NCBI GenBank assembly: GCA_977017575.1 | Contig: CDRNVI010000063.1 | Span: 310,001 to 374,000 of the forward strand | Length of the DNA stretch: 64,000 nt | DNA from: Paramoeba atlantica | Lineage: Eukaryota; Protista; Discosea | Direction: 5' to 3' | Shown here: in pieces, positions 34,201 to 44,642 of the stretch | Position numbering within the stretch: position 1 is the first letter of the stretch | Layout of the letters: every line of letters starts with the position of its first letter | Program-made: the position numbers and the translations under genes | The notes under the pieces: model-generated | Seen by the model: only the letters and a program-made list of their open reading frames with translations | What the model was told of the DNA's origin: nothing | The model's database searches: none

Positions 34201-34384
34201 AAGAGTGACCAAAACAGTTACCGTGCGCGTAAAAATTGAGGCATAATATTAATTAGTGCAGGACGTTTTTGAAAGCAAATTACTTCACTAATTTCTACTG
34301 CACTAATTTTTGCGAGTCTTATTATTAATTTTTTCTTAAGAGATCAATGAGAGTAACAAGACAAAGGACAAGACAAAGATAACA

Positions 34385-34866
34385 AAAAGAGCCCACAGCA
34401 AAGCAATGATTAGAGAAATACATTATATAATGTGCTGATTCGAAGAGAAGAAGAAGACACGGAGGGCTCTGCAGGGACAACCGTTAGGGTAGAGTCTCAG
34501 GTCACCGACCTTCATCGTCTTGCTACCCCCTTCCCAGACGGCACTCGACGCCTTGCGGCCCGAGCACGGATACCCAACCGTAGCTACCAGGACGGGCGTC
34601 CACCCCGTTGCATCGTGTAGGCTGTGTCTCAAGCCTCCTTTGCGTAGGCAGCTCGCAATTTAGCGGCTGCGCTGGAGCCTGGTTCAGCTCGGCGGTTCCG
34701 GGTCGGTCCTCCAGGGGAGCGGGGTTGGGTGTGGGCCTTGAAGGCACTCCTGATCGCTTTCCCTTTTTAGTGAGGCCGCCAGGTTGCGAGTTTTGTCGAT
34801 AGCGGGAATCGAACCCCCAACCTGCAGGTTGTAAGGCCCACCGTCTACCAACTACGCCCGCACCGC
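34385..34866 (-). ncRNA. tRNA-headed, structured putative Pol III unit (SINE-like or unknown ncRNA)
   Basis: tRNA-like head runs into a GC-rich hairpin-dense body; the first T run of 4 or more on the transcribed strand is at 34384-34388. Confidence 0.5.
34795..34866 (-). tRNA. Degenerate tRNA-Val(TAC)-like sequence (pseudo-tRNA or Pol III promoter)
   Basis: A-box-like GGCGTAGTTGGTAGA, anticodon loop CTTACAA, B box GGTTCGATTCC; canonical acceptor and D stems do not pair. Confidence 0.7.
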
Positions 34867-34940
34867 ATTTTTTTTCTGATTCAGTATACGTACGTATGAA
34901 GAATACAAGTGCGAAGAAACGAGTACCGTCAAAATACTTC

Positions 34941-35951
34941 CTGTGACCCCCCCACCTTTATTATGGACACTTTTTCAGCTTTTGTCCATAATAAAGGGGG
35001 GGGGATGAAAAGGGTGTGAAAAAAATAAGGTTAGAGTGCATGCGGTTTTTCATCGGAAAGACGAGCGACGAAATTATGATCAGAAAACTGAACGTGTCAT
35101 ATTGTCAGACGAAAAAATATTTGATACACGAATTTTTGATACTAACAACCCAGGGTAAAGTGGATGAGGGAGATACCAATAGTTTAGGTGCGGCAGTTTC
35201 CACAGGAAAAACGGTATCTCTACCTTTTTAGGCGCCTGTCTTCAGGCGATAAGGGAGATACCGTTTTTTCTGTGGAAACTGCCGCACCTACACTATTGGT
35301 ATCTCCCTCGTCCACTTTACCCTGGGTTACACAGTAAAAACATGTTCCCTAGGACTCCTTAGAGCTTCCCACGCGAGGAAGTCGTCGTCGCTGCGGAAAG
35401 GCTCCACCTTCTGCTTTTGGCCTTGCGCCTCCTCCTTCCTCTACGGTCTTGCGTATCCCACACTTCCTGTTGAAAAAAGCATATGCGGCAAAATGGGGTT
35501 TGCAAATCGCTTCCGAAGACGGGGGTCTCGAGTCGTCCAAAAGGTACGTTTTTCTTTCTTAAAAGCCGAATGAAAGAAATTTTACAAAATTGCCCTCTCA
35601 ATTCACCAGATCTTTCCCCCATAGAAAATGTATGGTACATGGTCCAAGTGGCCGTGGACGAACTTGCTCCGTCGGATAAGCCTTCTTTCATACGCTGTGT
35701 AAAAAACGAGCGGTGTAGATTGCCACAAAAAGTGATTGATAGGACGGTGTTTGGATTGATAGGACGCTATTTTCTCCTTTGTGTGATGTGAAAGCTGACG
35801 AAATTACCTTGCTACAGATGCCCTAAAATACAGAAAAAAAGACGGAAAAAAAGTGGCAAAAAAATATGGCCCCCCTCCGCGGCGCCCGGTCGGATTTGTC
35901 CATAATAAAGGGGGGGGATACCCCCTGTCCATATTAAAGGGGGGGTCACAG
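34941..35951 (+). mobile_element. Tc1/IS630-type DD34E-like transposon, internally deleted and decayed
   Basis: TIR CTGTGACCCCCCC..TTTATTATGGAC; catalytic motif relics VILSDEKIF (about 35100), SEDGG (about 35517) and NSPDLSPIENVW (about 35600-35635). Confidence 0.85.
35148..35329. mobile_element. About 180-bp palindromic MITE (TIR ACCCAGGGTAAAGTGGACGAGGGAGATACC)
   Basis: Long TIRs of about 65 bp; other copies at 33972-34149 and 55330-55521. Confidence 0.9.
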
Positions 35952-36184
35952 TATTAACAATAATAATAATTAACGGAATGTTTTTTTGGACGGAAATTAT
36001 TCCGTTAATTATTACTCTTGCTTTTGTTGATTGCAAGTATCCACCTGTATGATTAAAGTAAAACAGTAGAAATCGGGAAACATTCACGAATAACAAGCAA
36101 AGATAAGAAAAATAGCTATTTTTTGACGATAAGAAAAGTCGTTTTCTTGCACGAGTGTTTTCAAACTGCGCACGAGCGGCCGAA

Positions 36185-36385
36185 GTTGTTAGTGGGAAGC
36201 AATTTGCGAAGCCATAGGGGGTAGTATGGCGAGGACCCGCGTGCGCGGAACTGAGCCACACGCGGCGTTGTTAGTGGGAAGCAATTTGCGAAGCCGTAGG
36301 GGGTGGTATGGCGAGGGCCCGCGTGAGCGGGCCTGAGCCATACGCGGCGTTGTTAGTGGGAAACAATCTGCGAAGCCCGATGTAC
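36185..36385. repeat. 82-bp tandem repeat, about 2.5 copies
   Basis: GTTGTTAGTGGGAA at 36185, 36267 and 36349. Confidence 0.9.
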
Positions 36386-36430
36386 GCGCACTAAAACATC
36401 CGCTTTTTGCCCGATGAAAACATATTTCTG

Positions 36431-36521
36431 GAAAACAAAAGTGTGGGCGGAGGGAAAAGTAGAAAACAAAAGTGTGGGCGGAGGGAAAAGTGGAAAACAA
36501 AAGTGTGGGCGGAGGGAAAAG
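36431..36521. repeat. 31-bp tandem repeat, 3 copies
   Basis: GAAAACAAAAGTGTGGGCGGAGGGAAAAGT(A/G) x3, with no spacers. Confidence 0.92.
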
Positions 36522-37087
36522 TAACCTGAGCGTGAAGAAAATTTTCTGAAAAAAGCGTCGAAAAGCGGAAGAATATCAGAAAAAACGTTTTTGGAAAAAC
36601 AATTAAGCGCCGCTTCGCGGCACCTATATGCACCTAACCCAAAATTCAACACTACATAGGGGGGGTTGAGCACTCAATAGTAAATAGGGGGGGACAGTAT
36701 TTCAATGATTTTTACTAAATTCCTAACAAAATTTAAGCGTCAAGAGATCTATCTTGTGACTTCTGCGGATACGTCTTAATCAATTCATCCTTTCACGGTG
36801 ACGTCGTTTGTTTTCTTCAGGAGAGAAATGCTTTGAATTTTGTTGATGAACAGACCGACCACTGACTTAAATTTTTGGGAAGATTTTGGTGAAAATCTAA
36901 ATGAAAAATATTTATTCCGCTAAATATTATTCCGTTAATTTTTATCCCAATGATTTTTATTCCGTTAAGTACTTTGACGGTAGTACGAAGAAACAAATTT
37001 AAGTATTGTCCGTGTCAAAGAGCAGTTTATGTAAAAAAAAGCATTCAAAAAGCTAAAAATATTGGCTTCGCCTGCTTCAAAAAATGA

Positions 37088-37813
37088 TTAGCTAAGCGAC
37101 GCTGAGATTCTCTCTATGCCTGTTCCATGTATTTCCAGGATTCTTAGAGAAGAGGGGAACTTTGTGTCGTCAAGTGAACCACAAAGATCCTTGTTCCCAA
37201 ACAAATACATCTCAAATAGGCTTTGCGAACGGAATAGAGGCTCAAAAACAAAAATACCATTAAAGCAATTGTTTTGTAAGGCAATCGTGCGCAACTTCGC
37301 GGGAATATTTATAAAACAAGGAGTTCCACTAAGTTGGTTGTCAGAAATATACAAATAAACTAACGCAGCAGGTAAGGAATGAAATGCCACAGAACCGAGG
37401 AAGCAATTGTAACTTAAGTTAAGAAGATCTATCGTGTCAGGTAAATTGGTAAGATCTGGCGTTCCTATAAATTTGTTAGTCCATATTGAAAGATAAGTTA
37501 ATCTGGGCGGAAGGAGTGAAAAATCCGTTTCACCGCAAAGTTCATTGAGATGGAAGTTAATTGACTTGATTGATTCGAGTAGGAACGCCCATTCGAGAGG
37601 GCCAGAAAGTGAGGCTTCATCCCAGTATATTTTTTCTACCTTGTCCTGATCATCACAGGTCACCCGGTCCCATTCGCAAACAGGCGTGTGCGTATTCCAA
37701 GACGAAGGTGTACCTTGCACATTTTTAAGGAATTGTACCATCTGATATTCTTGCGGAAATTGAGTACCTCGGACTTTGTGAGACCGCATGCCTGTTGAGT
37801 TTTGCTCAGTCAT
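37088..37813 (-). CDS. Leucine-rich-repeat protein
   Basis: Cap motif W...CEWDRVTC followed by LP..L..L.LS.N.F.G repeats. Confidence 0.88.
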   Translation of the reverse strand: MTEQNSTGMRSHKVRGTQFPQEYQMVQFLKNVQGTPSSWNTHTPVCEWDRVTCDDQDKVEKIYWDEASLSGPLEWAFLLESIKSINFHLNELCGETDFSLLPPRLTYLSIWTNKFIGTPDLTNLPDTIDLLNLSYNCFLGSVAFHSLPAALVYLYISDNQLSGTPCFINIPAKLRTIALQNNCFNGIFVFEPLFRSQSLFEMYLFGNKDLCGSLDDTKFPSSLRILEIHGTGIERISASLS

Positions 37814-38021
37814 CCTGGGCCGAAAGCTAAAGTAGAAGCTAAATAATTCTTTTTTGTTTAAATTAGGACTGCTTTGCCGGAATATTGTGACCCTCCCCCT
37901 TTAATACAGACAGATTTTTGGACTTTGTCCGTATTAAGAGGGGGTACTAAAGATGAGAAAAATATGAGAAAAATTGTAGAATCCTTTTTCCTTTTCTGAT
38001 CTCTTTTCTTCCCCCGGATTT

Positions 38022-38285
38022 GTGCCCATGACTCGTCGCGCACACCGAAACCGGGGCTCCAAGGATTCACCCGGCGGGAACCACTCCCCCACACACACGA
38101 CCCTCCGAGGACCCTCTACCACCCCTCGAAGTCGTGAACCCAGCCCCCACGACGGCAGCGGCGTGGTGGAGCTACGCCAGCTTTTCATTGATGAGCTGAG
38201 GAAGGTGAGGCCAGACCTCGACGTCAAACTCAAACAGAAGAGACAGGCACGCGACTGCGACTTTTGCGGTTCTTCGTTTGTCTGA
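38022..38285 (+). CDS. Small orphan ORF ending in CDFC, antisense to the cluster
   Basis: 87 aa, preceded by a pyrimidine tract (37982-38012); locally GC-rich. Confidence 0.3.
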   Translation: MPMTRRAHRNRGSKDSPGGNHSPTHTTLRGPSTTPRSREPSPHDGSGVVELRQLFIDELRKVRPDLDVKLKQKRQARDCDFCGSSFV

Positions 38286-38319
38286 GCTGCCTCGACCTCC
38301 GATCGGAAAAGCGGAACGT

Positions 38320-39117
38320 AATGTGAGAGAGAAAAAAGGATTTGGAAGTTTGTGGGGAGTTGTTCTTGTGTGAAGCTACTACAAGATTATAGCCAAAAAT
38401 AGCCGATTTTCGGGTACAAATGGGGTCATTTTCGCATATTTTTGCTCTCAGAGCACTAAATCCGACATTTGCGCGTGGGAAATCACTCGCAGGCATGAAT
38501 GAAAGCCTACCGAACGTATTGGGTAAAGAATACGACTCCAACCATACCATTCTTTCGACACAAAAATGCCCCTTTAGGTCCGAAAAATCCTTTTTCACCT
38601 TTTTTAGTCAAAAATGGGTCATTTTGAGGGGCGCACCACGGTTCGAAGAAGTGATACCTTGCGAAAACAACTGCGGAGAAAGCTAATGTAGGTCCCAAAC
38701 TATCAAAATACAATAGGGGAAACGATTTTGGAAAAATATTTTTTTTACTAATTTTTTTCGGCAAGTTGAAATTTTTTTCAAAATTTTATTTCCGAAAAAA
38801 TCCGAACTTGGCGGCCCCGTCCTGCGGATACACGGGGGGGTCGACCTCGGGTAGGGGGGTAGAAAATTCGCTCCAAGACCCCGGCTACGCTTTCTGCGGT
38901 TTTTTTTCGAAAACTAATTTTTTCGAAAAAATTTGCTCGACTCCCCCCTGGACTCCCCATTTTTTTCAATTTTTTTTTTCAGTTTTGGACCACCGGAGCC
39001 CCCTTTTATGTTTTTTTCTTCTATTATATTACTGTGTTCCTCTTTATATTTTCACTTTTTTTGTTCACTTTTTTTCAATAATCGAGGGTAGAGCGGTAGT
39101 TTTACAACCACCGCAAT
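38320..39117 (-). mobile_element. Hairpin-ended repeat family, longest copy
   Basis: Terminal hairpin on the minus strand ending at 39117; alignable to 10021-10640 and extends further. Confidence 0.9.
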
Positions 39118-39366
39118 TAACCGTAATATAATCCACTCGTAAATTAATAATTTTTGAACACACTTTTTGAGTAACTTTTAAGCACCCAAGCCATTGGATT
39201 CGTCTGTGATCATTTTATAAAGGTTTGTGCCTCGTATGAAAGTGAGGTCGATGGTGATAGACATGAAAAAAAGCATTTTGTTTCGGGGATAAAAATAATC
39301 TTAATTAAAAATAACCGTAATTAAAAATAACCGTAATATAATCCACTCGTATTTGAATACTTCACT

Positions 39367-39900
39367 GTAATAGAAGAAAAAAATATAAAGGGGGCTCCGG
39401 TGGTCCGGAAAAAAATTGAAAAAAATGGGGGGTCCAGGGGGGGTCCAGGGGGGGGTCCAGGGGGGGGCCCAGGGGGGGGTCCAGGGGGGGGGGTCCAGGG
39501 GGTCCAGGGGGGAGCGTCCAGGGGGGGGTCCAGCGAGGGGGGTATAGGTCGCGAATTTATTGTTTTTCAAAATCGAGCGCAGGGAAGTGTTAGAGTATGC
39601 CGCGGCGATGATTTTCCACCCCCACCCCCACCTGGGGGTGACCCCTCTGGTATGCGCAGGAGGGGTCCGACAAGGTTGAAATTTCCGAAATTTTTGGATG
39701 ACCAAAAGAAAAAAAAATGATCCCCCCCAAAAAAAATATTATTTTTTCAAAATCGACTCCTAAAACGTATTTCGAGAGTTTGGGACCTCAGCTACCATTC
39801 TACGGCCTTTTTTTCGTCGGATTCGCCTCCTAACCCTACTGGTAAGGTCTCAAAAACTGCCCAAATTCGGGCTAAAATTTCGCAATTTTCGCCTAAAAAT
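39367..39900 (+). mobile_element. Hairpin-ended family copy with an expanded (G)nTCCA microsatellite
   Basis: Shared internal blocks; about 8 GGGGGGTCCA-like units at 39427-39531. Confidence 0.88.
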
Positions 39901-40465
39901 CGGGCTTTTTTACCCAAAAAAATAGATTATTCATGATCTTTTGACGATTTTTATTTTTTAGTGGCTTTGTTAAACGCGGAGATAGTTTTCAACGCGAAGC
40001 GCGCATCATGAGTGAGTTTTAACGTTTAACGAAGCCACTAAAATAATTAAGACAGTTATTATTCACATTTTGGGAACTCCAAATACTCAAATTTTTGTAT
40101 TTCATCTTGTATTTCATCAGCTTATCTTCTGAGGCTGAAATAAGGGCCATTCGTGCTTTCAATTTCCCATTTCTCTCGTTCATGTGGTGTCCATACAGTA
40201 TCTATACCCTACCGAACTCTCTAAGTGTATCACACCTTTTGTCAACCTGGTGTGCCACAATTTGAGCCGTAAACTCTTATTTTCTATAAATGTCTCCGAG
40301 TGGCTTTGTTTAAATAAGTCAATGTCTTCTCTTTTGTCAATACCAATCTAGAAGGATTGTAAAATCGCTCAACTCGAAAAAACTTCGACCTATTTTTTTA
40401 TACCCACATTTTTATTATTCACATTAGTTTTGGCTTTGTAAAGTTTCATAAAAAGTCCTTATTCC

Positions 40466-40678
40466 ATGCCTTTGAGTATCGAGCTCGTTTCTCTCGTGGA
40501 CAACTTGTTTGAACTCCAGATAGATGTGCACAAAGAAAAAGTAAAAGATGCAAATTTTTATGTAGTTAGCGATGATGAAGTGAGCTCTATATCAGCCACT
40601 TCGTTTGTAGACGATAATGTTGAGAACGCGGAGGCCAAAGATGGAGACGATCGCGAAATAATTAAAATAAGCCTTTAA
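40466..40678 (+). CDS. Small acidic orphan ORF
   Basis: 70 aa, ATG start, abuts a family copy. Confidence 0.3.
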   Translation: MPLSIELVSLVDNLFELQIDVHKEKVKDANFYVVSDDEVSSISATSFVDDNVENAEAKDGDDREIIKISL

Positions 40679-40679
40679 A

Positions 40680-40930
40680 TAATTAATAGAAGAAAAAAAA
40701 AGGGGGGATCCGGTGGTCCAAAATTGGAAAACAAAATTAAAAAATGGGGATCCATGGGGAGGCAGGTCCAGGGGGGGTATACGCACTTTTTTGAAATTTT
40801 GTTTTTGGAAAAGCAACGCAGCGAAGTGTTAGAGTGTGCCGCGGCGATGGGTTCCCCCCCCTGGTACGCGCAGGAGGGGCCCGACAAGTTCGAAATTTCC
40901 GAAAATTTTGGGAAGACCAAAAAAAAAAAA
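40680..40930 (+). mobile_element. Hairpin-ended family, internal fragment
   Basis: AAGGGGGGATCCGGTGGTCC and GAAGTGTTAGAGTGTGCCGCGGCGAT...CCGACAAG blocks. Confidence 0.85.
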
Positions 40931-41053
40931 AATCTGACAAAGAAAAGAAAAAGTTATTTTACTCATAAATTTTTTGTAGTGTAAAAAATCAACTATACCG
41001 TGTTGGTGTAGACTGCAAATATATTTTAGTCTACAACAACTAAGTCTCCTATC

Positions 41054-41272
41054 ATGACAGTCGAAGGTAAGTCTTCCCTGTCCGATGTACTCCGGTCTCT
41101 GCATGAGATGGCTTGTAAGGTGTACGCGTTTCAGACCACCATGAAAAGCGTGGAAGAGGCATTGGCACGTCTCAACGTTCAGGAAGAATGTTTAAAGACA
41201 GTGGAGTCGACAGTAGACCGTTTGTCCGCACGGAAGAGGGGGCCTCGCAAACCTCACGAGATACTTCAGTAA
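41054..41272 (+). CDS. Small coiled-coil orphan ORF
   Basis: 72 aa heptad-like sequence with a basic tail RKRGPRKP. Confidence 0.35.
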   Translation: MTVEGKSSLSDVLRSLHEMACKVYAFQTTMKSVEEALARLNVQEECLKTVESTVDRLSARKRGPRKPHEILQ

Positions 41273-43634
41273 GCCACAAGAGATCAACACCTAAATTTGT
41301 AAGAAAGGCAGGGCGGCACTTCCCTGTATTGAACATTGTTACAGTATACTAAAGGAAGAAGAATCGATTAATTTAATAGTCAGACAAGCTACAGATTTTC
41401 TCTCTGAGACTGCTCCGTTCTACGAAGCCTTGTCTCGTTTTTCAAATCAACCTCCAACTCCGACTGTGACATAGATTTTTCCTACCTTACAGAGGCTGCA
41501 GGAAGAAATGGCCATGTAAGAGACTTCCCTTGAAGCTATCAAAAAGCATACAGATTGTCTTCGTCGGTACCATGTATGGGAATTTTTTTGAATTTGTCCA
41601 GTGGCTCAACCCCATGTTTTTGCGATGGTCGAGAGAACGTGAAAGGGCAAACCGTCGTCTAGTACCTCTGCCATTTGCAGAACGAGTGCGAGCTGCCAGG
41701 TGTGACGCAAAATGGAGCAAAGATGGAGGCGCTAAAAAAGGCAATGACGAAGCGAGCAACTCCAGCACTCAGAGCAAACCCCATTACTCTAGACGAAGTG
41801 AGAGCGTTCAAGAGATTGTCCCATCTAACAGATCACTAAAGGGCCTTCATAGCAGTGTACTGGATTTCCGGTCAGCGACCTGGCGATCTGCTGAAACAAC
41901 AAGTAGAGGACACGAGTCTGATTACGCAAGAGGGCAAAGTTCATCTAGCCATTTAGATGACTCAACATACCTGAAAAAATGGCCAATTCCCCTTTCTCTA
42001 TGAGAGCAGAAGAGATGCGCGTTCTACGCGCGATTTTCGCCCCCCCCCTCAAAATTTCTTATGCTGCAGGAGAAGCAAGCCAGAAAGTTGACCCATATAT
42101 CGTACACAAACGCTAGGGGATGCAGTGACTTGGAAAAACTACAGGATTCTTAACATTCTTTCCAAGATTTTTTAACAATGGTATACATAATCGGTACATA
42201 ATCCCGAGGCATGAAGTCATCACACTAAACACTGGAAGGCTTCACGGAAGGCGTTAATGAACTCAGAACCTACAAGCCACTTCACTGTAAAAGAACACGG
42301 CTCCTTCATGATAATGATCTCTCTTTTTCCCCTTCGGATCTTTGTGCGAAACTGTGCGACGAACCAGAAACGATTGTTCACATTGCTCTGCAAAGTGTGA
42401 ATGGTTCCTTCACACTTTTAGAGAACTGGAAGACATATGCGATAACCTCATTTGCTTTGGCACCGTATTTACGCATGCGATACTACATAAAGCTTCGTTC
42501 TCCTATATTTATTGCTCTTTGCACTCTTATCTCTCGTGAAGTACTCTGATTTTTCAACTCCTCGTATCGTAAACGAAGTGAAGCGCATTGTCGTAGACGC
42601 AATCTATTTTGCCAAAAGAGCACGGCTGCGCGTTATTTCTAAAGTGACAAAGGATATTCTCTCTGACGAGTTCTGACGCATGGCTAACGATCAACAACGT
42701 CACGTTGTAGAAGATTGCTGGGAATGCCGCGGCCCGAAAAAATACAAGCATTTTTGGGTCTTTCGTCTCGCTATTAATCAAAGATATTTTTCCGAGACGC
42801 ATTGTTCTCCGGGACGAATAGTGATCAACAGACGATACCCCGGGGGGGGGCGTGTACGAAGGCAATGCAATTCCAAGATTTTTACTTGATTACTCAAGCT
42901 TCAAGACAAAGAACTGCTCAGCGCGTGGCGGCTTCGAAACAGTGTTCAGAAGGTTACTCGTGCACTTGTTTTGCAGTGGATTAAGGACGCACACGCACGT
43001 GTATGGGCAAAGAACCAAAGCACTTTATTAAAGTCGCACAACCCTATATTTTGCGATCTTCGACTGAGTACCCTTGGATTAAGTCAAGTCTTAAGGATTA
43101 AGACTTTTTTCCTGCACATGCGGTCTCACCGTCCCCAATTTCAAAAGGAGAAAACCCACCTGTAACACAAGAAGTCATTGTGGTAGAAAATAGCCTGGAA
43201 AACACGTCCGACTACACGATAAACAGTGGAAACGATTACGCGGTCGAAAGCGCTTTCTTACGACTTATGCTGTTGATACATTGTGCGAAAATGTATTGCG
43301 CGCATACCGTCTACTCCCTTCGGAGCACAGAAAGATTCGATTATTTCTAGCTTTTTTTAGGGATTATTTTTAGCGAAGTTTAGTCAGATTTTCCCGACTC
43401 ACTATTGCGGTGCTGTTTTTTAACAATCATTTTTTCTTCGTGGAACTCCCGAAGTATCTGTTGACAATTTTTGATAGCTACGAGGATTGTTCTCCTATTA
43501 TTGAGGATTGTTCTCCTATTGCTCCTTAAGATTTCCTCCAGTACCTCACATACAATACAAGTTGCGATGTGGATGTGCTAGCTTCTGCAGAGGTATTTCA
43601 TTCTTTTTTGAACATTGCAAACGAACAGCGCAGC

Positions 43635-44408
43635 TTACATGACTTCAGCATTCTGTGGTAAAATTTCAAGCGAGCACGTGGTAAGACGAGAAAGTAAATC
43701 AGGTAGAAATTTGGGCAATGGAATGTAGTTTTTGCTTATGTTCACGGTGCCTTTCATCCCCTCTAAACATTCAATGTTTTGTATCTCATTAAATCTATTT
43801 TTGTGAAGGTGTAAGCACCTCATCTCAGAAGGCAGCGAACCAAAATCAAGAGTTCCCTCCAGCTGGTTACTGTCCAGAAGAAGAGATTGTAGCGAAGTTA
43901 ATAATGTCAAATCAAGATTTCCTCGTAAGTCATTTTTACGCACCGAGAGCCATATTAGACCAACAGGAGTTTCGCTTAATCCCTCAATCCTAGAAAAGTT
44001 ATTCGAAGACGCATTAAAATCGTGAATGTCTTCTGGTAAATGCTGTAAAGGTAGGCTATCCGCAAAGTTGTTTGAAGTTACATGCAAATCCTGAAGAGAG
44101 CGCGGCATTAGCTCAAGGGGAAGCGCCTGCTTGAGCTCATTAAAACTTAGATCTAATTCAAACAAAGTAAGAGGGAGATATTCCCACAAAAGCCGTCCGC
44201 TTAATCCAAAGTTATTCCACGAGATTTCAAATGGAACGCCTTCTTCGCAGCAAAGCACACCTTTCCACTGACAGCCTTGCTGTGTAGTGTTCCATGTCTC
44301 TTGTGTGTGATCTACATATCTCAGTAGGGAAGAAAGTTCATATTCCAGCGGCAATTTCGATCCTCGTACACGATAACTTCTGAGATTCACAGATGTCACG
44401 TCGGACAT
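43635..44408 (-). CDS. Leucine-rich-repeat protein
   Basis: Same family as 37088-37813 (GCQWKGVLC cap, LRR repeats); start placed at MSDVTS. Confidence 0.88.
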   Translation of the reverse strand: MSDVTSVNLRSYRVRGSKLPLEYELSSLLRYVDHTQETWNTTQQGCQWKGVLCCEEGVPFEISWNNFGLSGRLLWEYLPLTLFELDLSFNELKQALPLELMPRSLQDLHVTSNNFADSLPLQHLPEDIHDFNASSNNFSRIEGLSETPVGLIWLSVRKNDLRGNLDLTLLTSLQSLLLDSNQLEGTLDFGSLPSEMRCLHLHKNRFNEIQNIECLEGMKGTVNISKNYIPLPKFLPDLLSRLTTCSLEILPQNAEVM

Positions 44409-44642
44409 ATTTTTTTTACGAAACAACAATAAAAAGAAACACGGGTACCAAATTGGACTCCTCGGAAATGCAACAAATAGCAAGCCAATAAAGCTTGAAA
44501 AGAATTGTACAGTGCAAATAGAATAGTTCAGGTGGTAATAATTTCATGACTCAAAATGACATACGCCCTATTCAGCAATCCTCCTGCCTCCTACGAGTAG
44601 CAATAGTAGACCACGGACTACTAATCTTCTACTGCACGCAGA

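Larger units (their letters stand above)
34926..36980. mobile_element. TA-flanked TIR element (TIR CCGTCAAA[G/A]TACTT) hosting the Tc1 element
   Basis: TA|CCGTCAAAATACTT at 34924 and AAGTACTTTGACGG|TA at 36982; subterminal TATTCCGTTAA repeats near both ends. Confidence 0.65.

Noticed and set aside
34440-34790. 7SL, RNase P/MRP, U-snRNA or group I intron identity
   Set aside because: Only partial word matches were found (GCTCTGCAG, GAAGGTC..TGAGAC, AAATTGCGAG), in the wrong order or lacking partner elements such as SRP helix 8; a covariance search is needed
34795-34866. Functional tRNA-Val
   Set aside because: Acceptor and D stems do not pair canonically, the T stem has a mismatch, and no terminator follows
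36185-36521. CRISPR array
   Set aside because: The 82-bp and 31-bp units are contiguous tandem repeats without unique spacers, there are no cas genes, and the context is eukaryotic
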